Origin: a virus
Lineage: Duplodnaviria > Caudoviricetes
Strand: one strand, 5' to 3'
DNA length: 64,000 nucleotides
Virus record (IMG/VR): IMGVR_UViG_3300025707_000003
Coordinates: 64,001-128,000 of that record
Numbering within the stretch: position 1 is the first letter of the stretch; the number at the start of each line of letters is the position of its first letter. The notes beneath the pieces are model-generated. The model did not search any database, was not told the DNA's origin, and saw only the letters and a list, made by a program, of their open reading frames with translations. The position numbers were made by a program, and so were the translations under genes. Shown one piece after another: positions 34,208 through 44,933 of the stretch.

Positions 34208-37200
34208 ATGGCTGTAAGAAGAAATCGCATTGTAAAACCGTATAGAGGTAAACTCTATGACATGGTGGTCAAGAACTTTGCTTATGTACCTGTTCTTAAT
34301 GCAAAAGGACAACAAGTAGAAGAGACCGATAAAGACGGTGAACCAATAAAAGGCAAGATCGTCAAGATCAGACGCAAAGAGGTGACTGACTCCTTTGAAA
34401 TATATTACAATATTTGCCTTGTAGACGAATACTTTAAGATGCTTTACGAAAAGTGTCTTAAAGACAGCATCACCCCATCTCCTGGGGAAATACTTGAGGT
34501 TTCAACCCTTAAAAATGATTTCGCTAAGAGTTGGAGGTACTTACTGCAAAAGTACGCTATCAAAGCACCACGAGGTACAAGAGAGCTTGCAACTAAAGTC
34601 GAAGCCCGACTCGCTGTGATTGATGGCAACATCAATCAAGGTCTTACTGCTGTACTTTCAGGTACCGACATCAACATGGTCATAGGGCAACTCAAAGGTG
34701 CCGCAGGTAGTTCAGACTTCAAAAGAACAATCGCCTTTTATGCAGATTACATCAAACAAGCCTTTAATATGCTTGGTTTTAATGTGGTTACAGAAGTTAA
34801 AAGCAATCCTAAGTTTAACATTAGATATGTGCAGTTCTCTGTTGGTGATGAGATCAGCGATTTAATAGCGAACTCAAGTAAGATGGTCGCAGGTGAGATC
34901 GAAAAGGCCGCTAAGTTAAAGAAAATCAGAGATGTGAAGCTCAAATCTTCTTTAATTGAAGAAGGTTATCATGTCGAGACTAGACCTACCTATGTTGATG
35001 GTGGGGTAGCGTATCTCACAGTTGCCTACGATCAGCAAGCCACTAAGATCCCTAAGCCTCGAAGTAAACCTAAAGAACCTGTTTTCTCTAAAAAAGATAA
35101 AGAGGTCATTCTTGCTTTAGAGAGCTTAGTTGAAGAGGAGAGAGTCTACGACATAAGCACTGACCCCAACGATTTTTTCGTTGCCCCTAAGTGTTCAATC
35201 GAAAAGGATGAGAGTGGTAAACCTACTCTTTCTTATGAGCCTGGTGAAGAAGAGAAGAATAAAAGCATTATTCGGCAGATAAAAGAAGCTCAGATTCGTT
35301 CTAAAGAGTTCTCTGTACCTCGATTTAAAGATGGTTTTGGCAGACTCCCTACTGGTGAGCCAGAAGCGGGGTACGACTCAAGAGGTAGACCAAGATTTAA
35401 GTATGTTGTACCTAAATCTCGCCTCAAGTTTTACAACCGAGCAGTTAGACTGTTTGATAAACTCTTACAGTTCAGAGCAATCTGCGACAATAAAGCCGCT
35501 CATAGTAAGGAAGTGTTCAACTACCGACAAGCTATGAAACCTCTTATTAAAGGTGTATATAGCACTGATTTCACTGATAATCTTGGCAACACTTACAAAC
35601 GCTTTAATAACATGGAAGATTTAGCTAAAAAGGTTATTAATAAGCGTAAAAAAGAACAGAAGAAGAGGCTAATTCAGCCTGATATTTCTACCGAGATAAT
35701 CACAGTCGAAAACTACCCCGATTGGGATGGGAAAAAGATTGTCTATTCAGATCGTAAAGTTAAGATTGCTTGCTTCAAGTACCCATCGGGGAACACATTC
35801 AACCCAGTCCACCACAAAGATCTTTTGCAAGAAGCCTTGAACAGAATAAATCTAGGCAGAAATCCCGACCTCGACCCAACTCTCAAAGATAAGGTCTTGA
35901 CTCCTTCATTTAGAGAGATAAAGGGGTCAGAAGGTCTGTCCAAGACTTTCCAACTTACCACTTTGAAAGATTCTAAGGGTAAAGATAAAGAAATCATCAT
36001 AGCAGGTCGGTATGCAGGATATGAAATCGACACTATATTGAACATGGAAGGTCGCTTTATCGAAGGTGGCTATGTCAAAAAAGAGAATGGTCGTACTAAG
36101 AAAGTTGAAACAGATCGTATCGCTTTTGATAGTAAAGGAAATGTGTCCACTCTTGATAAGGTCAAAAAGGGAGACAAATGGGAGTATAAGCAAAGACTCA
36201 TTGAACCTTACATCACAGTCAACCCAAAGACTGGTGTTCTTACTCTAGGTATACCAGGTGAAAACGAGAGTAAGGCTGACCGAAACATTATGAAGGATCT
36301 TGCTGAGAAAGTGACTAGTATTAGTACACTTAATGACCCAAAACTCCCCGATGGGCATAAAGGTCGTAATCCATTCTTTACTTTTTCTCCCGAAGACTTT
36401 GAACTCATTCGTGAGTCTTTAGGTTCTGTAGCTTTAAGTGCTTCTGCTTCTAAGTTCATGGACGAGTATTATGCAAAACTTAGAGCTAAACAGAACGCTC
36501 TTACTGTTGAGAACACTGAGCGTTTCACTCCCGAAGCTCTTGGTGGATTCGTTGCAGAGACTCCTCGTGGTCAGTTCAAGTTAAACAACAAACAAAAAGA
36601 AGCGGCCGCTTGGCTTGAATCATCTGGTATGCAGGGTGTAGTAGCTCTTGATACTGGTGTTGGAAAGACTCTTACCTCTCTTGTTGCAATCAAAAAAGCA
36701 ATCAATGAGGAGATGGAGCAAGGTGGAGATGAACGAAGATTTCTTTATGTTTCACCTAAGAGCCTTGTCGGAAACTTGAAGAAAGAGGTTCTTAGGTTCA
36801 TGGTAGAAGGTGGAGATGACTTTGTTCGTGCAGACGGAGAGGTTGAAAAGACCCCTAATTGGCAAAAACTCGTGCTTGGTCGCATTGATGAAGTGTCTTA
36901 TGAGGACTTTGTTGTAGACTTTAGGGCCTCTGAGGGCATTGATGATATCCTCTTAGACATGGATAATGGCAAACAGATCATTGCGGATACAAGTCGTCTT
37001 GCTCGTGAGAATAAACATCATGGCAAAGAAGCAACCATCACCTATGAAGTTAAGTATAAGAATGGTCGAGAGGTTTCAAGAAAAGAAGTTGATTTTCAAA
37101 TCGGAAACTTGATTGACCCGACTATTGTTCGCACAGCTTCTAGTAGAAACGAGGTAAGGACTGTCCAAGAACTCGTTTCTTATCCTGCTCTTTCACCCTC

Positions 37201-40200
37201 TGAAAAGGATGCAAAGAAGAAAGAACTTGCTAAGTCTCGTAGGGTGTATAACAAACTCAAGAAGGAAGCTAAGGTTAAATCCTCTCCTGCTTTGAATAAA
37301 AAGTACCAAGAGAGATACTATGCTTGCTTCTTTGATGAGATCAATGAGATCTTTGAAAAAGGACAAGGAGGAAAAGATAAAAACTACGCAGTGTCTTCTC
37401 TTGGACATCCTCGTAAAGTTTTCTTAACTGCTTCAGCACTTGATCGTGATCCTGTTGACCTTTATAGGCTCGCTACTCTAGCTAAAGGTAAAGTACCTAC
37501 TAAAAAGAGTGAGAAAGCCTTTGCAGAGAAATACGGTAAGGTTCTTGCAGGTCGTATGGTTGCCCTTAACCCAGACCCCAAACTAAGAGAACAGTTCTAT
37601 AATTGGGTCAAAGAGAACTCTTATTTTGCACCTAAGACAGACATTGCTTATGACAAGATGGGTGTTAACTATCAAGAGGTTTCTCTACCACAACTTCAGA
37701 AACTTAAGTCTCGTACTCTTACTACTCGTATGCCACAAGCCATACAGGAAAAGTACAAAAAGCAGGCTAAATCCATTTCGGGTGAGCTGAAAGCAATGGT
37801 GTCTAAGTATCGTGATCTTAGGCATAAACTTAATGAGTTAAAGGAAAACTCAGGCGACTTATATGATCGGACAAAGAGTAAGCCATACCAAGATCTCACT
37901 AAAGCTACAGCTAAAGTGAAAACAGCTTTAGACCGTCTTATTAAGACATCCTCTGAGGGGATGTTTAAGGCAGATGTAGGGTCTAAAATCTTTAGAGACA
38001 ATAATGAAGAGAAATGCCTCTATTTCAGTTCGAGTAAAAAACTTGCTGAGTCTCTCATTAAAAAGAACAGTAAGATCCGTAGAGATAAGGTCCATGCTCT
38101 TCTTTGGGCTAAAGAAATCATCTTCTATCAAAACGGTAAAGTTGTTGCTGGGGTGGAAGAAGAAGACAACATGGGCTTTGAAGCTTTCGATGCGAAGTAT
38201 ATCGACTCAGGTATCTACAGCAAGGTGGCATCTGAAGAGGAAGACACTGAAACCGAGTCTACTTGGGCTATGGACATCTCAGAGAAGTATGTCGCAGAGA
38301 ACGATAGCCTCGCAACTGCTGTATGTTCTGATAACTACGCTCGTGGTTTTAACTTCCAAACCTTCACTAAAGTCATCCACCTTGATCGTGGTAAAGGGTT
38401 TGATTCTGAACTATTAAAGCAAAGAACTGCTCGTGCTTATCGTGGTGGTCAATCTGAACAAGTAGAAGAAATCTACATTGACGCTACCTTTGCACCAGAC
38501 TCGGAGTCTGAAGGTACTGTCAGCGACAATGCTCGTAGACTCAAAGTGGACCTTAAAAACGCTCTCTCTCTTGAGCGTAGGGAGCTTGAAGAGGGTAAGG
38601 CTTATGTTGTCTATATTTGGTTCAAAGACCCTTCAGACGAGTTAGGTGACGAGTGGTTAAAGACAGACGAGTTTGTATTCAATGCCACAGATGAAACTCT
38701 TGAAGTCAAGCTCAACCAACTCTTCAACAGCATGGGTTATGTTAAGCCTCTTACTGTTGGGGATGAGGGTTATGTTGAAGAAGGGGCTAACGAACCTGTT
38801 AAGCGTTTAGTTCTCCTTGAGGGTACAGACATTAAAGAGAGAGCTACTGTTAAAGATGACTTTGATATGCTATCCATTGATCAGATTAAATCTCTGGTCA
38901 ATGAAGCAGATCAAGATTTCTTCCAAGACATTATTGTTAATGGTTTGAAATCTGACCTCACTAAGCGACTTGATGCTCGTGTTTCTGATACAGGTATTGC
39001 TATTAAAACCCCTGCTATGCTTAGATCTGTTCTTAACCCGACAGAAGAAAATCTATCAAGAGCTGAAAAAGAACTTGAAGAGTATGATGCAAACCCACTC
39101 AGCCATATCACTTTCGACCCAAGTCGTTATGATGACGCTGATATATGGTTGGCTAGCAGATTTAACAGAGATGGTACTAGTCTTACTGAGATGCAGAAGC
39201 AACGCATAGACCTAATGGGGGGTCCTGCTGTTGCAGACTATATTCTGGGAGACACTCAAGCATCAGCTACGACAGGTACATTAAGACTAACGGAGAACAG
39301 ATACATCGAGAGTGGTAACATCGATATTTCTTCTACTGTTATTAATAATAACTATGTTATGGCTAAACCTTGTGCTCCTAGAGGTTTTTCTCCGAGGTTC
39401 TTATTCGCTGAGATTGCCACTGCGAAACGCATGGGGATAAAAGAAATTAAATGTATGGCCGCAGGCAGTCCTGGAAGTGGAAGATATAGTGGTTATGCTG
39501 TATGGCCTAAGTATGGGTTTACATTTTCCATCGATCTTACGGGTCTACTAGGAAATGTACCATTTAGCTCACCTGACCAAGTGTATGTACAAGCTGTAAA
39601 ACAGATAATGGGTGAATATCCAGGTACTGTTGATCTTCAAAAGCTGTTGGTGATCTGTGCTGACATCGTGACTAACAAAGTCAAAGCAAATGATAAAAGA
39701 GCTTATGTAGAAGCGATGCGAGTATGGAAAGAAGCTAAGGCAAATGCTCTCGGTAACCGACCTGTACTCCCTACCAACGAAAAGTGGCAAGTAGGTGATC
39801 GTTTCGTGCTTGATAGCGAGTTTGTAAGAAATAGCTATCCACAGTTGTATAACGAACAGGGGGAGGTTACCGATGTAACTTCCAGTCAAATTAAGGTTCG
39901 ACTTGATAGAGGGACAACTCAGTCAATAAATAAAGACACCGATTGGATCACACAACTTAATCCTCGTCCTGCTGTTGATTTAAGTGCTTCACAGGAAGAG
40001 ATTGAGGCTTATGACAGAAGATCTGCTGAGTACGAGGCAAACATATCTAAACCACCACCACCTAAATCAAAGCGATCCGTTGAGTACACTGTTGCGGTAG
40101 GTGAGAAACTGTGGGGTTTGTACGGTGGTGGTGGGTCGATGACCTTGCATCTTAAAGACGGATCTATTTCCATGAAGATTGCTAACGCTTATCTTAAGAA

Positions 40201-40783
40201 AAAAGCACTTGAAGCGAACCTCGATGTAAACGATTTCCTTAACACCCCATTGGATCTCTTTAATATAGAAGACCCTTGGTGTTGGGAGCAGGAGATTGAC
40301 AAAGTTAAAGTTAAAGGTCAGCCTCTTGATTGGAAAAAGGTCATCGCTCAGTACCCAGAAGCGTTTAAGACTGCATGGTATGCAAATAAGGGGCTTCGTG
40401 ATAGAGTTACTCGTCTTGTAGGTTCTGTTGATGCTTTGGGTGCTTTCATGAAGAAGTATGACTTGATTGACCCTCAAACTGATTACAGAACTCCCCGTCC
40501 AGGTCAAAGATCACTACAAAGTAGGTCTGTTGGTCAAGAGCGTTCTGATAACAGTCAGTACAGTGCTGAAAATGTGCATCAGAGAGTTAAACTTGGTTCA
40601 GAGTTGACCTCTGAACAGGTGTCAGATCGCAAACTTTGGGAAGACTCTCAAGATCCTTGTTTACTTGCTGTTTGGGAACAGTTAAGACTTGAAAACTACG
40701 CAGGGCAAATTGTTGCCGAGTTGATCGAAGGCGAAGAAGATCCCGATCTCATTGAAGCTCAAAGAGCAAGAAAGGATAAATAA
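34208..40783 (+). CDS. 2191-aa polyvalent protein with SF2 (SNF2-like) helicase core and C-terminal GNAT-like region
   Basis: Q-motif KQKEA, DTGVGKT, FFDEINE, TASA, RGFNFQ, QRTARAYR; AAG...GYAVWPKYGF near 39458-39520; class I motif at 34155. Confidence 0.75.
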   Translation: MAVRRNRIVKPYRGKLYDMVVKNFAYVPVLNAKGQQVEETDKDGEPIKGKIVKIRRKEVTDSFEIYYNICLVDEYFKMLYEKCLKDSITPSPGEILEVSTLKNDFAKSWRYLLQKYAIKAPRGTRELATKVEARLAVIDGNINQGLTAVLSGTDINMVIGQLKGAAGSSDFKRTIAFYADYIKQAFNMLGFNVVTEVKSNPKFNIRYVQFSVGDEISDLIANSSKMVAGEIEKAAKLKKIRDVKLKSSLIEEGYHVETRPTYVDGGVAYLTVAYDQQATKIPKPRSKPKEPVFSKKDKEVILALESLVEEERVYDISTDPNDFFVAPKCSIEKDESGKPTLSYEPGEEEKNKSIIRQIKEAQIRSKEFSVPRFKDGFGRLPTGEPEAGYDSRGRPRFKYVVPKSRLKFYNRAVRLFDKLLQFRAICDNKAAHSKEVFNYRQAMKPLIKGVYSTDFTDNLGNTYKRFNNMEDLAKKVINKRKKEQKKRLIQPDISTEIITVENYPDWDGKKIVYSDRKVKIACFKYPSGNTFNPVHHKDLLQEALNRINLGRNPDLDPTLKDKVLTPSFREIKGSEGLSKTFQLTTLKDSKGKDKEIIIAGRYAGYEIDTILNMEGRFIEGGYVKKENGRTKKVETDRIAFDSKGNVSTLDKVKKGDKWEYKQRLIEPYITVNPKTGVLTLGIPGENESKADRNIMKDLAEKVTSISTLNDPKLPDGHKGRNPFFTFSPEDFELIRESLGSVALSASASKFMDEYYAKLRAKQNALTVENTERFTPEALGGFVAETPRGQFKLNNKQKEAAAWLESSGMQGVVALDTGVGKTLTSLVAIKKAINEEMEQGGDERRFLYVSPKSLVGNLKKEVLRFMVEGGDDFVRADGEVEKTPNWQKLVLGRIDEVSYEDFVVDFRASEGIDDILLDMDNGKQIIADTSRLARENKHHGKEATITYEVKYKNGREVSRKEVDFQIGNLIDPTIVRTASSRNEVRTVQELVSYPALSPSEKDAKKKELAKSRRVYNKLKKEAKVKSSPALNKKYQERYYACFFDEINEIFEKGQGGKDKNYAVSSLGHPRKVFLTASALDRDPVDLYRLATLAKGKVPTKKSEKAFAEKYGKVLAGRMVALNPDPKLREQFYNWVKENSYFAPKTDIAYDKMGVNYQEVSLPQLQKLKSRTLTTRMPQAIQEKYKKQAKSISGELKAMVSKYRDLRHKLNELKENSGDLYDRTKSKPYQDLTKATAKVKTALDRLIKTSSEGMFKADVGSKIFRDNNEEKCLYFSSSKKLAESLIKKNSKIRRDKVHALLWAKEIIFYQNGKVVAGVEEEDNMGFEAFDAKYIDSGIYSKVASEEEDTETESTWAMDISEKYVAENDSLATAVCSDNYARGFNFQTFTKVIHLDRGKGFDSELLKQRTARAYRGGQSEQVEEIYIDATFAPDSESEGTVSDNARRLKVDLKNALSLERRELEEGKAYVVYIWFKDPSDELGDEWLKTDEFVFNATDETLEVKLNQLFNSMGYVKPLTVGDEGYVEEGANEPVKRLVLLEGTDIKERATVKDDFDMLSIDQIKSLVNEADQDFFQDIIVNGLKSDLTKRLDARVSDTGIAIKTPAMLRSVLNPTEENLSRAEKELEEYDANPLSHITFDPSRYDDADIWLASRFNRDGTSLTEMQKQRIDLMGGPAVADYILGDTQASATTGTLRLTENRYIESGNIDISSTVINNNYVMAKPCAPRGFSPRFLFAEIATAKRMGIKEIKCMAAGSPGSGRYSGYAVWPKYGFTFSIDLTGLLGNVPFSSPDQVYVQAVKQIMGEYPGTVDLQKLLVICADIVTNKVKANDKRAYVEAMRVWKEAKANALGNRPVLPTNEKWQVGDRFVLDSEFVRNSYPQLYNEQGEVTDVTSSQIKVRLDRGTTQSINKDTDWITQLNPRPAVDLSASQEEIEAYDRRSAEYEANISKPPPPKSKRSVEYTVAVGEKLWGLYGGGGSMTLHLKDGSISMKIANAYLKKKALEANLDVNDFLNTPLDLFNIEDPWCWEQEIDKVKVKGQPLDWKKVIAQYPEAFKTAWYANKGLRDRVTRLVGSVDALGAFMKKYDLIDPQTDYRTPRPGQRSLQSRSVGQERSDNSQYSAENVHQRVKLGSELTSEQVSDRKLWEDSQDPCLLAVWEQLRLENYAGQIVAELIEGEEDPDLIEAQRARKDK

Positions 40784-40784
40784 T

Positions 40785-41048
40785 ATGGAAGATCTAGCTA
40801 CAATCGAAGAATGGATTGATTACATCAACCAAATCCCCATGATGGAAATGATTAGCCATGCTAAGGTCATCGGATCTGTCTCTTTCGAGGAAAATAGAGG
40901 GGATGAAGGGTACGATGACGAGGACATTATGGTCATCTATCAAGCACTCGCTAAAAGGTTCTTAGAACTCGAAATGCGTGTCCCAGATATGATGGACAAT
41001 GCGTGTGTTAGCTTCAGATCCATTGCAACAGGCATCTTCACTCTGTAA
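40785..41048 (+). CDS. Hypothetical protein
   Basis: Start reassigned to MEDLAT after aagga RBS. Confidence 0.6.
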   Translation: MEDLATIEEWIDYINQIPMMEMISHAKVIGSVSFEENRGDEGYDDEDIMVIYQALAKRFLELEMRVPDMMDNACVSFRSIATGIFTL

Positions 41049-41115
41049 TGATTGATAATCTCCTTGAGGTGGTATAAATAATCATTACGATGCAACCACA
41101 TCAAGGAGATTACCT

Positions 41116-41313
41116 ATGAACGAGTCCGTCTATCAAGCTCTGAAAATGGCTGAAGAGTATCACTCTCGCAAATATGCCTCAAACCAAGAGCAAGCATACC
41201 CTACGATTACCGACATCTTGGCAACAGCAAGAGATATCTTTGAGTTCATCACTACTCTAAGTGAGGAGGATCTCAATGAAGAGTTTCCATTGGAGGTCGA
41301 TGATATAGTGTAG
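41116..41313 (+). CDS. Hypothetical protein
   Basis: RBS aaggag. Confidence 0.6.
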   Translation: MNESVYQALKMAEEYHSRKYASNQEQAYPTITDILATARDIFEFITTLSEEDLNEEFPLEVDDIV

Positions 41314-41322
41314 TCTTTTTAT
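41311..41322 (+). promoter_or_regulatory. Class I variant TAGTCTTTTTAT
   Basis: Overlaps TAG stop of 41116 gene. Confidence 0.55.
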
Positions 41323-41353
41323 TACTACCCCTTACTAATAGAGGGTATTGATA

Positions 41354-41689
41354 ATGAACAAGTCGTACACACAGAAGCAAGGTGAGATTAGGGTTTGCTT
41401 AGAAGCAAACTTCAAAGGTTTATCCTACCCTAAGTACATCTTTACTGTCCTGTCTGAGTGTGGCTTCTCATACGATAGAAATCATGACGGTATTGTGTTT
41501 GTTCACAATCAAGATACAAATCTAACTATCTTGATTACTTTAGACCGAAGACAAAAGTGGCATCACCTCATAGCGTATAAACACTCTAAATGGACGCTAA
41601 CCTATGAGGGTGATGTAAAATATCATGTCTTTGGGAATGATGTATTAAAGACAATACGCAGAGCTTATCTGCACTGGTATGGTCTTTAG
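41354..41689 (+). CDS. Hypothetical protein
   Basis: Class I variant at 41311; RBS gaggg. Confidence 0.55.
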   Translation: MNKSYTQKQGEIRVCLEANFKGLSYPKYIFTVLSECGFSYDRNHDGIVFVHNQDTNLTILITLDRRQKWHHLIAYKHSKWTLTYEGDVKYHVFGNDVLKTIRRAYLHWYGL

Positions 41690-41717
41690 AACTTATGCTA
41701 AATCTAATGACTTCTGA

Positions 41718-42107
41718 TTACTTGTTGAAGTCAGTGCGAACACTACGAGGAATTAAAAGTACTTTGCGAAGAAGCAACTCAAGCTGACGAACTTCACCCC
41801 TACCTTCTCCTTCTACACAAAACAGCTCAAGCTCTGTTAGCCCATTAGAAGCAGTGAAACCAATGAAGTGCTTATAGTCATACTTTATCTCCCAATCGCC
41901 CTCTTCTGCAATTAAGATTTTATTAGACCAACTTTCGATGTAACTAGTGATGTCCTTAAAGTCTCCTCGCTTACGAACATAATAATCACCCTCTGAACCT
42001 TCGTGGATGTGACCCTCAAGCTCAAAAACAAGAGAGGAAGATTGTTTCTCAAGACGAGCGATTCTTAGCTCAAGTTCATTAATTATTTCTGATGCTGATC
42101 TTTTCAT
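41718..42107 (-). CDS. Leader-tagged hypothetical protein
   Basis: MKRSASEIINELELRIARLE; second gene of a leader-tagged pair. Confidence 0.8.
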   Translation of the reverse strand: MKRSASEIINELELRIARLEKQSSSLVFELEGHIHEGSEGDYYVRKRGDFKDITSYIESWSNKILIAEEGDWEIKYDYKHFIGFTASNGLTELELFCVEGEGRGEVRQLELLLRKVLLIPRSVRTDFNK

Positions 42108-42109
42108 GG

Positions 42110-42793
42110 TTACTTTAACCGTTCTGCTTCTAGGTTGTGATATTGAATAGCCTCTTCAAGAGCGTAAGCGACCCTAGACATTGAACCACTACTCGTTCTG
42201 AGCTTAGATTGTGAACCTCTACCCTCTAAGATTGGCTCTAAAATGTCAGATAACTTATTATAACCCACCGCTAAAACATAAGTAATGATAGAGAAAATAA
42301 CAGTAACACTCGCATATAAAAGCACACCACTCAGCAGGGGAGTCACTACAAAATAAATTTGTTGCAGTATCGCCACCAAAACTAATATCGCAGGAACTCC
42401 CTGAGTAAACTTTCTCAAAGCAACTTCAGAAGGGGACTGATCTCTAGCTAGTTTAAGTTCGGCAGTCGAAACTAGCATATCTAAAGCCAACCCAATACGA
42501 CCTTTCAAAGTCCTCTCCGTTTTCATGATATGATCTTCTAAGATTTGATACTCAGGATCATAATCGTAAATATACACTAGTTGCTTTGCAAGAGTGCTCG
42601 CCCCCTTCATGCTTCTAGTATTAGATACCTTTTTGAGTAAAGCAATAATCTCTCTCATGTAAGGTATCTTATCAAATAACTTTACGAGATTTCTCTTAAC
42701 TGAATCTAGGGAGTCACCCAAAAAAGCTTCTCTTTCAAGATGGGCGATTCTTATCTCAAGTTCATTAATGATTTCTGATGCTCTTCTTCTCAT
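42110..42793 (-). CDS. Leader-tagged protein with predicted TM segments
   Basis: MRRRASEIINELEIRIAHLE; long hydrophobic stretch GVPAILVLVAIL...YVLAVG. Confidence 0.8.
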   Translation of the reverse strand: MRRRASEIINELEIRIAHLEREAFLGDSLDSVKRNLVKLFDKIPYMREIIALLKKVSNTRSMKGASTLAKQLVYIYDYDPEYQILEDHIMKTERTLKGRIGLALDMLVSTAELKLARDQSPSEVALRKFTQGVPAILVLVAILQQIYFVVTPLLSGVLLYASVTVIFSIITYVLAVGYNKLSDILEPILEGRGSQSKLRTSSGSMSRVAYALEEAIQYHNLEAERLK

Positions 42794-42842
42794 TCTTTGT
42801 CTCCATTTTGGTTAAGGTTAAACAGGTCACTTATGACCAATT

Positions 42843-42854
42843 ATAAATAAACTA
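42843..42854 (-). promoter_or_regulatory. Class I motif plus variant cassette module
   Basis: Exact consensus; followed by GGTCA-TAAG-TGACC hairpin. Confidence 0.75.
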
Positions 42855-42945
42855 TCTATAAAGATCTCATTTGAGTTCCTTTCAAAGTTAGAGAGAACAC
42901 GACATTTGCTAGGTATAAATAAACACATCAAAGGAGGTAGCTCAC

Positions 42946-43515
42946 ATGAGAATAATCGTAGAGGGTCTTATCGGTGTCGGTAAGTCCACATTCACAAAAG
43001 AAGCCAGTAAACACTTTAACCTTACTCCCATGTATGAATCGGTAGGAGATAATCCGTTCCTTGAAAAGTTCTATTCTGACGATCCAAGCCGATGGGCTTA
43101 TACGCTTCAAATGCACTTTCTCTATGACAGGTTCTCAAAACATCTACCAGAAAATACCTTGCTTGATCGTTCAATCTTCGGAGACTCCTGCTTTGCCAAC
43201 CTCTTAAGAGATGATGGAGTCCTTACCGAAGATGAACACAGCTCGTACATGAAGCACTTTGAAATGCTTAAGCCTTATATCCCCCCTGTTGATATTTGTA
43301 TCCACCTCCATGTTAGCGTAGAGCAAGCTATGGATAGGATTTCTAAACGAGGCAGAGAATTTGAGTCGGGTATTGAGGAGTCTTATCTGCACAAGTTACA
43401 GGTTCAAGTCATGCAGATTCCAGATAGACTCCCTAAAGAGACTAAATACATCAAGCTCGATTGGTACGACATGGATGAGGGTCAGAGGCTAGATGTCATA
43501 AGAGGATTGCTTTAA
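42946..43515 (+). CDS. Deoxynucleoside kinase
   Basis: VEGLIGVGKST, FY.D..RWAY.LQ, LDRSIFGD, RISKRGREFE. Confidence 0.9.
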   Translation: MRIIVEGLIGVGKSTFTKEASKHFNLTPMYESVGDNPFLEKFYSDDPSRWAYTLQMHFLYDRFSKHLPENTLLDRSIFGDSCFANLLRDDGVLTEDEHSSYMKHFEMLKPYIPPVDICIHLHVSVEQAMDRISKRGREFESGIEESYLHKLQVQVMQIPDRLPKETKYIKLDWYDMDEGQRLDVIRGLL

Positions 43516-44303
43516 TCCTCAACCGTCAGTTGTTGCACTAAGTTTGGTAGGTAGTCCTCTGCCCTCTCAGTGGTGTAGTTAAAGCTCTTGGACTCTTGGG
43601 ACGGATTAGGGTCGATGATATACATCGGTTTCCTCATCTGCCTACCTGCTTGAACCACCATATTAGTGATCCCTACAGAGAAGCTAGTGCCGATAAAGAC
43701 CACCATATCTGCTTCCTCTATAGCTTCCATAGCGTCATCTAAGCGATAGTCCTCATGAGAACCATAAAACTCATCGAACCACAGTGCGTGTGCTCTTAAA
43801 GGGATCTCGCATTTAGGACAACAAGGTAAGTCATTCGGGTCTTTGGTCTGCCCAAACTTTTGATAGTCCTCCCAAACCTCGCTCATCGGGATTGAACCTC
43901 TCGGTGAACCATGATCACACCCATGATTGGGACAACGCACTGCGTTGGTTGTGCCATGTATCTCGATGACATTTTGTGAACCCGCCTTGTTATGAAGGTG
44001 ATCCACATTCTGTGTGATGATGTCAAAGGTCTTGCCCTCAGACTCACACCACTCCCCAATCTCCGCTAGGGCTTTATGAGCGTCATTCGGTTCAAGTTCA
44101 AAGACACCTTTGAACTTTTCTAAATACCATTCCCATGCCTTCGCTGGGTTCTTATTGAAGTAGCGTTGTGTGCCTTTCTCAAGGACATCATTAGCCCACA
44201 CAGCATCCTCTCCTGTTCTCCATGCTTGGATTCCCGATGCTGTGCTGATCCCTGCACCTGTGACAACAAGGATGTTGTCCGCTGATTTGATTGCGTTTAG
44301 CAT
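43512..44303 (-). CDS. Sirtuin (SIR2-family NAD-dependent deacylase)
   Basis: TGAGISTASGI, ITQNVDHLH, EIHG, two CxxC-like Zn sites, IGTS. Confidence 0.9.
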   Translation of the reverse strand: MLNAIKSADNILVVTGAGISTASGIQAWRTGEDAVWANDVLEKGTQRYFNKNPAKAWEWYLEKFKGVFELEPNDAHKALAEIGEWCESEGKTFDIITQNVDHLHNKAGSQNVIEIHGTTNAVRCPNHGCDHGSPRGSIPMSEVWEDYQKFGQTKDPNDLPCCPKCEIPLRAHALWFDEFYGSHEDYRLDDAMEAIEEADMVVFIGTSFSVGITNMVVQAGRQMRKPMYIIDPNPSQESKSFNYTTERAEDYLPNLVQQLTVED

Positions 44304-44542
44304 GATAGTGTCATTTCCTTTACTGTGTAGCCCTTCTTGAGCTTTTGTGGTGCTTTTTTCTCGAAGTAAGCCCGATCTTTATTGATAGCTTGCCCCCAGT
44401 CGCCAATGCGACCATAACGGACGACCACATCTCCATTTGGGCGACCTGTGGCTTCCCAAAACTTGTAGTGACCATCCTTATGCTCCAGTCGGATTCTGAA
44501 GGTTGGGGATAGGTTGCATTGTGTTATAGCGTCAATAGCCAT
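44297..44542 (-). CDS. Stand-alone WGR-domain protein
   Basis: HYKFWE...VVVRYGRIG...KLKKGY; start reassigned to ATG 44542 after aaggag. Confidence 0.75.
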   Translation of the reverse strand: MAIDAITQCNLSPTFRIRLEHKDGHYKFWEATGRPNGDVVVRYGRIGDWGQAINKDRAYFEKKAPQKLKKGYTVKEMTLSC

Positions 44543-44552
44543 GTGTTCTCCT

Positions 44553-44876
44553 TTAGTGAGTGATTCGTAGTGTGAGTGCATCGAGCTTTGCGTTCTGCTC
44601 GGCTCGATATGACTCCATGAAAGTAACAAGCAGAGTGGGGTCGCTGAACAGCTTGCGAAGGTGTGACTCTGCGTCCTTCGTGTAGGTGAACTCACCCACA
44701 GGGATTTGTTGTGACCACGCTCCTCGGGCTCCGAGAAAGAGGTTTGCGGTACACCCAAAGATAGTCTGATGGATGACACCAAGCTCGGTGTCAGTGTCAG
44801 ATCCTTTGGCGTAGAAGAACTTACAGCCGTTCTCAAAGTTATCGAAGGTGAGGGTGGTCTTGGTCTTGGTAGCCAT
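44553..44876 (-). CDS. Hypothetical protein
   Basis: First gene behind class II motif 44934-44949. Confidence 0.65.
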   Translation of the reverse strand: MATKTKTTLTFDNFENGCKFFYAKGSDTDTELGVIHQTIFGCTANLFLGARGAWSQQIPVGEFTYTKDAESHLRKLFSDPTLLVTFMESYRAEQNAKLDALTLRITH

Positions 44877-44933
44877 GTCGTTCTCCGTTCGGGGAGTGTT
44901 GGTTGGTGAGGATTGTCCCCCTTACATTATGAT

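Noticed and set aside
34208-40783. Virion RNA polymerase
   Set aside because: No DxDGD or T7/N4-type polymerase motifs seen; SF2 helicase motifs present instead
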